Positions 1-8,765 of a DNA stretch of 64,000 nucleotides are shown here, one piece after another. The notes under the pieces were generated by a model. That model did no database searches. It had not been told where the DNA came from and worked only from the letters and a program-made list of their open reading frames with translations. The translations under genes and the position numbers were made by a program. Source of the DNA: Candidatus Omnitrophota bacterium (GTDB lineage Bacteria > Omnitrophota > Gorgyraeia > Tantalellales > Tantalellaceae); the NCBI GenBank assembly GCA_041667545.1, contig JBAYES010000002.1, forward strand, positions 5,035-69,034, in the 5' to 3' direction. Within the stretch, counting starts at the first letter, position 1; every line of letters starts with the position of its first letter.

Positions 1-70
1 CCCGGGATCGGCAAAAATTTATGGATTATGTTTCCAATGAGATAAAAGGATTTCGGGAAGAGGACATCTA

Positions 71-757
71 ATGGAGATTATTGTGTCTTTTGGCACGGCT
101 CTATGGCTCGGTATACTTACATCCATAAGTCCATGTCCGCTTGCCACCAATATCGCGGCGGTTTCTTTTCTTTCCAAAAGGATAGTGCATCCTTTTATGG
201 TGTTTTTATCCGCATTGGCCTACACTCTCGGAAGAATGACAGTTTACATCGTGCTCGGATGGGTGATAATAAATTCTCTTTTAAGCGTTCCGGAGGTGGC
301 GAATTTTCTGCAGAAACATATGCTTGCGGCCTTGGGCCCGCTGCTTATAATTACCGGCGCATTTCTGCTGGAATTCATTACGCTAAAATTACCGGGGTTT
401 ACTTTGTCGCATGAACATCATAGTAGGCTTGTGGAATCGGGCGCGCCGGGCGCTTTTCTTCTTGGCATAATTTTCGCCTTGGCGTTTTGTCCCATTTCAG
501 CGGCGTTGTTTTTCGGGAGTCTTATTCCGATGGCTCTCAACGCGAGAGCCGGAGCTGTTTTGCCGGGTGTTTACGGCGTGGGTACCGCGCTTCCCGTTAT
601 GGGGTTTGCTGTGGCTATAGCCATGGGAGCCACGTCTCTGAGCCGCTGGTTCCATAAGATAACAAAGCTTGAATTTTATACGCGCCGGATAACCGGCTGG
701 GTGTTCATCCTGGTCGGCTTATATTATGCGGGAAGGTATCTTTTTAAGCTTTATTAA
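71..757 (+). CDS. CcdA/DsbD-family (DsbD_2-like) polytopic membrane protein
   Basis: 228 aa, multiple TM helices, conserved SISPCPL cysteine motif in TM1 resembling the LSPCVLP motif of the CcdA at 63190; assignment by motif/topology only. Confidence 0.45.
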   Translation: MEIIVSFGTALWLGILTSISPCPLATNIAAVSFLSKRIVHPFMVFLSALAYTLGRMTVYIVLGWVIINSLLSVPEVANFLQKHMLAALGPLLIITGAFLLEFITLKLPGFTLSHEHHSRLVESGAPGAFLLGIIFALAFCPISAALFFGSLIPMALNARAGAVLPGVYGVGTALPVMGFAVAIAMGATSLSRWFHKITKLEFYTRRITGWVFILVGLYYAGRYLFKLY

Positions 758-774
758 CGGATTGGTAGCATTTC

Positions 775-979
775 ACTTTTCCGTGGAAATGTAGCGTCCC
801 CGTCGTCACAAACCCGCCGAAGGCGAGTGAAGGTAACATTTCAGTCTTCCGCAGTAACTCCGCGTTCCATCGCCCGTCGTTGCAAGGAACGAACGAAGTG
901 AGTGACGACGCCCTTCGTCTCGTGGTTGTAGCTATGGCTCAGGATTTCGGCAGACTTGGCATAGGGCCGAAGCAATCTC
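775..979. repeat. family A-related composite repeat (rearranged variant, copy 1)
   Basis: shares modules CCCCGTCGTCAC...CCGAAGG, GGTAACATTTCAGTC.TCCGCAGTAA and GAACGAACGAAGTGAGTGACGA...GCTATGGCTCAGGATTTCGGCAGACTTGGCATAGGGCCGAAGCAATCTC with 5325-5640 in inverted orientation. Confidence 0.55.
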
Positions 980-1055
980 AAAAAAAAATTGACATTTTCT
1001 AATTTTTAGCTATACTCTACTTATCCAATGGGAATAATGTAAAAAGGAGAAAATT

Positions 1056-1496
1056 GTGAAGATATCTTACAAAGGGGATTATTCGCTGAAGGCTATGCTT
1101 GATCTGTCTGAGCATTACGGAATAGAACTTGTAACGAGCCGTGATATGGCAAGAAGAATAGATGCCCCTGTTAAATTTTTAGAGCAGGTCTTGCTGCAGC
1201 TTAAAAAGGGAGGGTTTATAGAAAGCAGGCGGGGGAAAGAAGGGGGATATATGCTTTCCAAGCCTCCGGGTGAAATCTCGGTTGGAGATGTGGTAAGATA
1301 TGTGGACGGGCCTATAGAACCCATCGCCTGTTTGAATTATGAATATGCGGATTGTACCGATATTAAAAGATGTGTTTTAAGAAAGTTGTGGGAAAAAGTT
1401 CACAAAGCGACGACCGAGATAATTGATAACGTAACATTCGAGGATCTGGCAGTTGAGGCGGGAGCCGGAAGCAAGGTACTGTCGTACTCAATATAG
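1056..1496 (+). CDS. Rrf2-family transcriptional regulator (CymR/IscR-like)
   Basis: 146 aa, GTG start after AAGGAG; N-terminal wHTH 'YSLKAMLDL...ISVGDVV' typical of Rrf2; directly upstream of metY-cysK. Confidence 0.75.
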   Translation: MKISYKGDYSLKAMLDLSEHYGIELVTSRDMARRIDAPVKFLEQVLLQLKKGGFIESRRGKEGGYMLSKPPGEISVGDVVRYVDGPIEPIACLNYEYADCTDIKRCVLRKLWEKVHKATTEIIDNVTFEDLAVEAGAGSKVLSYSI

Positions 1497-1534
1497 GGAA
1501 AACGGATAGAAAATTATTTGAAAATGGGATTTGA

Positions 1535-2866
<1,332 letters not shown>

Positions 2867-2911
2867 AAAAATAAAAGGAATAACACCCCCATTTCCAGAC
2901 AGGAGGTTGAT

Positions 2912-3847
2912 ATGAGCAATATCTACAATGATATCACAAAAACAACGGGTAGAACTCCGCTTGTTAAGATAAATGCCATGGCGGAGGGGCTGGGAGCCAC
3001 TATTCTGGCGAAACTTGAATTTTTCAATCCTCTCTCGAGTGTTAAGGACCGGATCGGCGCCGCCATGATCGAATCGGCGGAAAAAGAAGGTAAGCTGGGT
3101 AAAGGTTCCGTGATAATCGAACCTACAAGCGGGAATACCGGGATAGCTCTGGCTTTTGTGGCCGCCGCTAAAGGGTACAGGCTTGTATTGACCATGCCGG
3201 ATACCATGAGCGTAGAGCGCCGTCAGCTTCTGGGCATATTAGGGGCTGAACTTGTTTTGACCGAAGGAGCGAAAGGGATGAAAGGAGCAGTGGAGAAGGC
3301 CGAGGAATTGACCGCGAATACAGCAAATAGCTACATGCCCCAACAGTTCAATAACCCGGCAAATCCCGAAGTACACAGGCGCACAACGGCGGAAGAGATA
3401 TGGCATGATACCTGTGGAAGCGTAGATATATTCATTGCCGGAATAGGTACGGGCGGAACGATAACAGGTGTGGGAGAGGTTTTAAAGGCGCGAAAGCCTT
3501 CTGTCCGGATTATAGGGCTTGAGCCGGAAGATTCACCGGTCCTTTCCGGCGGAAAACCGGGTTCGCATAAGATACAGGGCCTCGGCGCGGGGTTCATTCC
3601 CCGGGTACTGAATCGTGACATCATAGATGAGATAATAACTGTCAGCCATGAAGATGCCGGGGAGACCACAAGAAAACTCGCTAAAACTGATGGTATTTTA
3701 GGCGGGATTTCAAGCGGTGCTGCCGTATGGGCGGCTCTTGAGGTGGCAAAACGTTCCGACTCCAAAGGGAAAACTATTGTTACCGTGCTTCCGAGTTCCG
3801 GGGAGAGATATCTTTCAACGTGGCTTTTTCAGGGAATGAGCGCTTAA
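2912..3847 (+). CDS. cysK: cysteine synthase A (O-acetylserine sulfhydrylase)
   Basis: 311 aa; '[12 protein letters not shown]' and '[10 protein letters not shown]' PLP-fold type II motifs. Confidence 0.85.
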   Translation: MSNIYNDITKTTGRTPLVKINAMAEGLGATILAKLEFFNPLSSVKDRIGAAMIESAEKEGKLGKGSVIIEPTSGNTGIALAFVAAAKGYRLVLTMPDTMSVERRQLLGILGAELVLTEGAKGMKGAVEKAEELTANTANSYMPQQFNNPANPEVHRRTTAEEIWHDTCGSVDIFIAGIGTGGTITGVGEVLKARKPSVRIIGLEPEDSPVLSGGKPGSHKIQGLGAGFIPRVLNRDIIDEIITVSHEDAGETTRKLAKTDGILGGISSGAAVWAALEVAKRSDSKGKTIVTVLPSSGERYLSTWLFQGMSA

Positions 3848-3928
3848 GCCCGGAATTAACGGTATGTTCCGCAAAAGGTCTTGAGAGGGGCTTTCATTTT
3901 AGGGTGTCTTGTGGTAGAACATAACTAA

Positions 3929-4588
3929 ATGCGCGCGCAATGTTCGGAAAATAATGCATGCAGGTTATGCGGAGCTGTAAGAGGTCTCTCATCTATCCGT
4001 GGTATGGATGAGAGGAATTACTATTTCTGTGAAAGCTGTTATCTTATCTTTGTTGACAAAGATCAGTTGCCCGATGAAAATGAGGAAAAAGAAAGATATT
4101 TGACGCATAAGAACGGAATTGAATTCAAGGGTTATGTGGAATTTCTAATGCAGGCGGTGGATCCGGCTCTTGAGTTTATGGAAAAAGGTCAGATAGGCCT
4201 TGATTATGGATGCGGCCCGGGACCTGCTATTTCGGAAATATTGAAAGAAAAAGGATATATCTGCGAAAATTTTGACCCTTTTTTTGCCGGACACAAGCTT
4301 GATAAAAAATTCAATTTCATTTTTTCCACAGAAGTGTTCGAACACTTTTTCCGTCCGGGAAAAGAAATTTCCAAGATAAGCTCATTGCTGGAGCCCGGCG
4401 GAATACTGGTGGCAATGACGGAGAGATGGACCAGTTCCGAGCAATTTTCACGGTGGTACTATACAAGAGATAATTCACATGTCTGTTTTTATCACTCAAG
4501 GACATTCGATCATATTTCCGAAAAATTCTTTTTCGAGAAATTATTTGATGATGGAAAGCGGGTGATGATCTTAAGAAAAATGAACTAA
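3929..4588 (+). CDS. class I SAM-dependent methyltransferase with N-terminal Cys4 zinc-ribbon
   Basis: 219 aa; CxxC...CxxC N-terminus, 'LDYGCGPGP' motif I. Confidence 0.55.
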   Translation: MRAQCSENNACRLCGAVRGLSSIRGMDERNYYFCESCYLIFVDKDQLPDENEEKERYLTHKNGIEFKGYVEFLMQAVDPALEFMEKGQIGLDYGCGPGPAISEILKEKGYICENFDPFFAGHKLDKKFNFIFSTEVFEHFFRPGKEISKISSLLEPGGILVAMTERWTSSEQFSRWYYTRDNSHVCFYHSRTFDHISEKFFFEKLFDDGKRVMILRKMN

Positions 4589-4613
4589 AGCCAGAGCCTG
4601 AGGAGGAGAAAAA

Positions 4614-4793
4614 ATGCCGTACATTAATCTGAAGCTTGTGGGCAAGCTTACAAAAGCGCAAAAGTCCAAGATAGCCCGGGAATTTGCCGGCACTCTTTTA
4701 AAAGTTGCCGGTAAGCCTAAGGAGAGTTTGTATCTTGTTATCGACGAAGTTGACGGAAAGAATTGGGCAAAGGGCGATAAATTTTTCGGATAG
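4614..4793 (+). CDS. 4-oxalocrotonate tautomerase-family protein
   Basis: 59 aa (below ORF-track cutoff), AGGAGGAG RBS 6 nt upstream, N-terminal Met-Pro 'MPYINLKL' typical of tautomerase Pro1 enzymes. Confidence 0.5.
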   Translation: MPYINLKLVGKLTKAQKSKIAREFAGTLLKVAGKPKESLYLVIDEVDGKNWAKGDKFFG

Positions 4794-4811
4794 AAAACGT
4801 TTCCGTTGTCT

Positions 4812-4944
4812 GGGGGGACAGGTGTGGGTTTGGATTTGGGACAGATGTAGGTTTGGAACTGGGACGGGTGTGGGATTGGGAACAGGACAGGTGTGGGATC
4901 AAACGAGGGACGGGTGTAAGATTAAACTGAGAACCGTCCCTGAA
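4812..4944 (+). repeat. tandem direct-repeat array (5 x 22-25 bp GGGACAGGTGTGGGTTTGGATT-like) with terminal conserved hairpin; copy 1
   Basis: seen directly; last unit GAGGGACGGGTGTAAGATTAAACTGAGAACCGTCCCTGAA forms GGGACGG/CCGTCCC hairpin; ends 11 nt before ATG of the 84-aa regulator-like ORF. Confidence 0.8.
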
Positions 4945-4955
4945 AAGGAGGGGGA

Positions 4956-5210
4956 ATGAAAAGGCATATTATGATACTTCTGGTGGGGAAAAGGAAAGAG
5001 TCGGCGGACAGGGTGCAGAAGACCCTTACGGGATGGGGGTGTCTTATTAAGACCAGGGTCGGTCTGCATGAAGGTGTCCTCGATGATTGTACCAATACCG
5101 GGCTTATAATGCTCGAGCTTGTGGGAGATGTTAAAAAACATAAGGAGCTCAAAAGGAAATTGGAACTTCTTCCCGGCGTTAATGTTAAACTGGTTACTGT
5201 ATCTCTGTAA
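4956..5210 (+). CDS. small ACT/NikR-C-like protein resembling the TM1266-type putative iron-only hydrogenase system regulator
   Basis: 84 aa; pattern 'IMILLVGKRKES...VQKTL..WG..IKTRVGL....GLIMLELVGD...ELKRKLELLPGVNVKL' matches my recollection of the TIGR03959 family; strong RBS AAAAGGAGGGGG; preceded by tandem-repeat element. Confidence 0.4.
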   Translation: MKRHIMILLVGKRKESADRVQKTLTGWGCLIKTRVGLHEGVLDDCTNTGLIMLELVGDVKKHKELKRKLELLPGVNVKLVTVSL

Positions 5211-5235
5211 CTCTCCTGCCGTTACTCCTCGGAAT

Positions 5236-5670
5236 CTACGGGGACACACTTAGAAGCATGTGCATTTACCCGGTACGGAAATAAGCTTGTACCGGGTAAG
5301 TATATTTTTAAAGTCCACTCATGGGGGGGTAACATCTCAGTCATCTGCAGTAAATTCCTACCCCGTCGTCACGAGGAGCCCCCGAAGGGGGCGACGAAGT
5401 GATCTCAAAATATGAAAATATCTCAGAGAGGGATTGCTTCGTCACTCACTTCGTTCGTTCCTCGCAACGACGGTCGGAGAGGGATTGATTCGGCCCTATG
5501 CCAAGTCTGCCGAAATCCTGAGCCATAGCATTTATCACGATACGAAGGGCTTCACCCGCCTTCGGCGGGTTCGTAAAGACGGGCGTGGGGACGCTACATT
5601 TCTGCGGAGAACTGAAATGTTACCATGGGGGACACTTACGAGCATAATTTTGCACCCGGTACAAGGGTAA
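5236..5670. repeat. family A-related composite repeat (copy 2), bracketed by direct repeats GGGACAC(AC)TTA..AGCAT...CACCCGGTAC
   Basis: inverted copy of the 775-979 modules; flanking imperfect direct repeats at 5241-5296 and 5628-5670 each containing CCCGGTAC...GTACCGGG-type hairpins. Confidence 0.55.
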
Positions 5671-5672
5671 AG

Positions 5673-5690
5673 TTGTGAAAAAAATCACAA
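5673..5690. promoter_or_regulatory. Rex operator (TTGTGAA-N4-ATCACAA) upstream of rex
   Basis: perfect 18-bp palindrome TTGTGAAAAAAATCACAA 69 bp upstream of rex start codon; matches Rex box consensus TTGTGAAnnnnTTCACAA. Confidence 0.7.
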
Positions 5691-5758
5691 AAAATACTTG
5701 CGTCTTAAAATTTTTATGTTAGAATGTCCCTGTTAATGGGAAAAAAGGGGCAATAAAA

Positions 5759-6409
5759 ATGTTTGAAAGAACAATAAATCGTATTTGCGGGTACAAAAAC
5801 GCGCTTTATAGGTTTAAAAAGCTTGGGTTTGTCAGGGTTTTTTCGGATAATCTGTCAGATGCCGTAGGGGTAACGCCTTCACAGGTGCGCAAAGATTTTT
5901 CCATGTTCGCCATTTCCGGGAATAAACGGGGCGGGTATAAGGTAGACGAGCTTTTGGAGAAAATATGTTTTATCCTGGGGAAAGACGATGTATGTAATGT
6001 GGTCGTGGTCGGCGCGGGGAATATAGGTCTTGCTCTTATGAAATACGGAGGTTTCGAAAAAGAGAACATGACCATAAAAGCGGCTTTTGACATAGATCCG
6101 GCAAAATTTTCCGAAAAAGAAAATATACCTGTTTTGCCGCTTTCAGAACTTGCCGTATATGTGAAAAAGGAAGATATTAAAGTGGGCATAATAGCCGTAC
6201 CCGATATTGCCGCTCAGCATGTGGCCGATCTTATGGTTGCGGCGGGGGTGAGGGGTATATTGAATTTCGCGCCGATACTTTTGAGATGCGGCGGCGAGAC
6301 GGTTGTTAAGAACGTTAATCTTGAGCTTGAGCTTGAGAACATAATATATTTTGTCAACGCGCGCGAAAAAAAAGGGACAGTCCTGGAACATGAAACCAAG
6401 CAGCCTTAA
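5759..6409 (+). CDS. rex: redox-sensing transcriptional repressor Rex
   Basis: 216 aa; N-terminal wHTH 'GVTPSQVRKDFSMF', Rossmann 'VVVVGAGNIGLAL' NADH-binding; typical Rex length. Confidence 0.8.
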   Translation: MFERTINRICGYKNALYRFKKLGFVRVFSDNLSDAVGVTPSQVRKDFSMFAISGNKRGGYKVDELLEKICFILGKDDVCNVVVVGAGNIGLALMKYGGFEKENMTIKAAFDIDPAKFSEKENIPVLPLSELAVYVKKEDIKVGIIAVPDIAAQHVADLMVAAGVRGILNFAPILLRCGGETVVKNVNLELELENIIYFVNAREKKGTVLEHETKQP

Positions 6410-8219
6410 GCGGTCGATGATATATAATTTTCTTATTGTTATACTCTTTATGAGTGTCTCCATAGGGGTTCTCGGGTTCAATGTTATACGTAAAGAGATA
6501 ATCGAAAAAGCCCAGCATCGTGTGGATAGTTATATGAAGTCTGCCCGCATACTTTACGAGACTATGATATCTTCCACCGGTAAAGAGCTGAGCCTTTTGA
6601 CCAAGCTCGATGATGTGGAAGAGATAAGGACGAGGGCGGATCTTGACTATCTTCACATTGTTGATAAACAGGATTTTGATAAGCTTAGAAGCGGGATAGC
6701 CCTAAGTTCATTGGATGGGAGCGAGGCGTCCGGAACAAGAATAATATCTTCCCGTGAACTCGAGAAAATGGGAAGGGGCCTGGATGAAAAGCTGAGAACA
6801 GAGGTAATTTCGACCCCGGGGGAGAAAGACTTTGAACCGTATTATCTGGAAGGTGTAATGGCCATGGAATACGCGAGGCCTGTTCTGGACGGAAACGGGA
6901 ACGTTGAAAAAGTGCTTTACGGCGGCAGGATAATAAACGGAAGAAGCGAAGTAGTGGACACGATGAGAGATATCATGTTCGGAGAAGAAGTATATTCAGG
7001 AAAACCTGTCGGCACGGTAACTATTTTTCAGGGAGATGTGCGAATAGCGACCAATGTCGTTAAGAGATCCGGCGACAGAGCCGTGGGAACAAAAGTTTCC
7101 CGGGAAGTTTATGAACATGTCATCGGCTCCGGCAAGAACTGGTCGGACAGGGCGCTTGTTGTTTCCGACTGGTATCTTACGGCATACGAGCCGATAAGGG
7201 ATATAGAGGGCGACATAATAGGAATGCTCTATGTGGGGATACTTGAACGGCCTTTCTTTGACATGGCAAAAAAAGTGTTTCTAATGTTCTTTGCCATAGT
7301 GACGGGTTCTGTTTTTCTGGCCTTGATCATATCGCTACTGCTCGCGGGGTCTTTTGTCAAGCCTGTTAATAGACTTGTTGAAGGAACGGCAAGGATCTCC
7401 AGGGGAGAGCTTGATCACAGGGTCAATGTGGATACGTCCATTGAGGACCTGAGATGGCTCGAAGTCTCGTTCAATGAAATGGCCGAGAGCCTTGAGTCCC
7501 GGAACAATGACCTTGTTCTGGCAAAGGAAAAAAGGGAGGCCCTGAACAAGAGGTATCTTGACCTGATAAGTTTTGTTTCCCATGAGCTTAAGGGCATATT
7601 AGCCTCGACAATACTCAATGCTTACTCGGTCAGGGATGGTTTTTTGGGGATGGTCAATTTTAAACAGCAGAAGGCGCTGGACTCTATAACACGTAACCTT
7701 GATCATCTCGACGCTACCGTAAAGAATTTTCTCAATCTGAGCCGTATTGAGAAAGGGGATATGGGCGTAATTAAAAAACAGGTTTTTCTAAGAGAAGAGG
7801 TTTTCGCGGTGGCTGTTGAGACTTTTTTGAAACAGATATCCGAAAAAGAAATGGAAATAAGGAACAATATACCTGCCGAACTTTCGGTGCCGGCCGACAG
7901 GGATCTTCTGCAGGTGGTAGCGAACAATCTTGTAAGTAATGCCGTTAAATACGGATCGCGCGGGGGAAAAATAGAGATAAATTTTGAAGACAGAGAAGAT
8001 AAATTTAAAATATCGGTGTATAATGACGGAAGGGTTTTGGGAGAAGGCGAGATCAAGAACCTATTTCACAGGTTTTCGCGGTTGGACGCTCCGGAAACAA
8101 AGAACGCTAAAGGCACTGGACTTGGCCTTTTCATTTCCAGGGAAATAGTGGAGAAACACGGCGGGACTATGTACGTGGAGCCGGGCAAGGACGGTAACTC
8201 GTTCGTATTTGAGATATAG
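6390..8219 (+). CDS. sensor histidine kinase (double-Cache periplasmic domain, HAMP, HisKA, HATPase_c)
   Basis: about 610 aa from ATG 6390 (signal/TM 'MIYNFLIVILFMSVSIGVLGF'); second TM then HAMP; H-box 'SHELKGILAS'; C-terminal G-box 'GTGLGLFISREIV'; stop codon TAG is supplied by the first 3 nt of the MITE TIR. Confidence 0.75.
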   Translation: MKPSSLKRSMIYNFLIVILFMSVSIGVLGFNVIRKEIIEKAQHRVDSYMKSARILYETMISSTGKELSLLTKLDDVEEIRTRADLDYLHIVDKQDFDKLRSGIALSSLDGSEASGTRIISSRELEKMGRGLDEKLRTEVISTPGEKDFEPYYLEGVMAMEYARPVLDGNGNVEKVLYGGRIINGRSEVVDTMRDIMFGEEVYSGKPVGTVTIFQGDVRIATNVVKRSGDRAVGTKVSREVYEHVIGSGKNWSDRALVVSDWYLTAYEPIRDIEGDIIGMLYVGILERPFFDMAKKVFLMFFAIVTGSVFLALIISLLLAGSFVKPVNRLVEGTARISRGELDHRVNVDTSIEDLRWLEVSFNEMAESLESRNNDLVLAKEKREALNKRYLDLISFVSHELKGILASTILNAYSVRDGFLGMVNFKQQKALDSITRNLDHLDATVKNFLNLSRIEKGDMGVIKKQVFLREEVFAVAVETFLKQISEKEMEIRNNIPAELSVPADRDLLQVVANNLVSNAVKYGSRGGKIEINFEDREDKFKISVYNDGRVLGEGEIKNLFHRFSRLDAPETKNAKGTGLGLFISREIVEKHGGTMYVEPGKDGNSFVFEI

Positions 8220-8369
8220 GGTTCTGCAAAATAGCGTTTTCACGTCGTTGCGAGGGAGCGAAGCGACCGAAGCAATCTTATAACTTGTTATATTTATTGA
8301 GATTGCTTCGTCACTCACTTCGTTCGTTCCTCGCAAAGACGGTATAAAAGTCCATTTTGCAGAACCCTA
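8217..8369. repeat. MITE-like inverted-repeat element, family A (copy 3)
   Basis: TIRs TAGGGTTCTGCAAAAT / ATTTTGCAGAACCCTA; imperfect 150-bp palindrome with core CGTCGTTGCGAGGGAGCGAAGCGACCGAAGCAATC; flanked by 10-bp direct repeat ATTTGAGATA (8207-8216 and 8370-8379). Confidence 0.75.
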
Positions 8370-8396
8370 ATTTGAGATATATAAAGGAGGTTAAGA

Positions 8397-8753
8397 GTGC
8401 GCACACCTTTAGAGACCATACGAAAGAAAAGGGCGGAAGCCATCAGCAGAATAGTTGGGAAGGGATATCTGTCCACCAAAAGGGTTTATGTGGGAATGGC
8501 TACCTGTGAAATAGCCGCGGGATCGGATGAAGTGATGAAGGTGTTCCAGGACGCCATAAAAGGCGGGCTTTCAGGAGTGTATCTGAGCCAGAAGGGCTGT
8601 GCCGGAAGATGTAACCTTGAGCCTACCGTAGAAGTAGTGGAAACGGGAAAGATCCCGGTCAAGTATGGAAAGATCGATCCGGTACGGGCAAAAGAAATAA
8701 TAGAAAAGCATTTAAAAAGAGGCGAGGTCATAAAAGAGTGGGTCATAAAATAA
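8397..8753 (+). CDS. thioredoxin-like [2Fe-2S] ferredoxin-domain protein (NuoE/HydB-N-terminal-like fold, only 3 Cys)
   Basis: 118 aa, GTG start after AAAGGAGG; 'GMATCEIAAGS...GCAGRCNLEP' resembles the Trx-like 2Fe-2S domain but has only three cysteines. Confidence 0.45.
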   Translation: MRTPLETIRKKRAEAISRIVGKGYLSTKRVYVGMATCEIAAGSDEVMKVFQDAIKGGLSGVYLSQKGCAGRCNLEPTVEVVETGKIPVKYGKIDPVRAKEIIEKHLKRGEVIKEWVIK

Positions 8754-8765
8754 AAAGAGGATGAA

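Noticed and set aside
103-414. 103-aa + strand ORF overlapping the CcdA-like gene in another frame
   Set aside because: An alternative frame of a membrane-protein gene. The 71-757 frame gives a coherent TM topology and a conserved Cys motif.
1383-1402. Rex-like half-sites TTGTGGG-N6-TTCACAA inside the Rrf2 coding region
   Set aside because: Spacing is 6 rather than 4, the left half-site is imperfect, and the site lies within a CDS. It is most likely chance.
4812-4944. Tandem 22-bp repeats as a possible CRISPR array
   Set aside because: Repeat units are directly abutting with no unique spacers and are degenerate from unit to unit. No cas genes are nearby.
5434-5670. 78-aa ORF inside the composite repeat at 5236-5670 (also ORFs 53261-53719, 53320-53556 and 51834-52034 inside family-B repeats, and 25032-25514 in the glnK-carA structured spacer)
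   Set aside because: They lie entirely within repetitive or palindromic non-coding DNA and have no RBS. The same sequence occurs inverted elsewhere, where it would encode something different.
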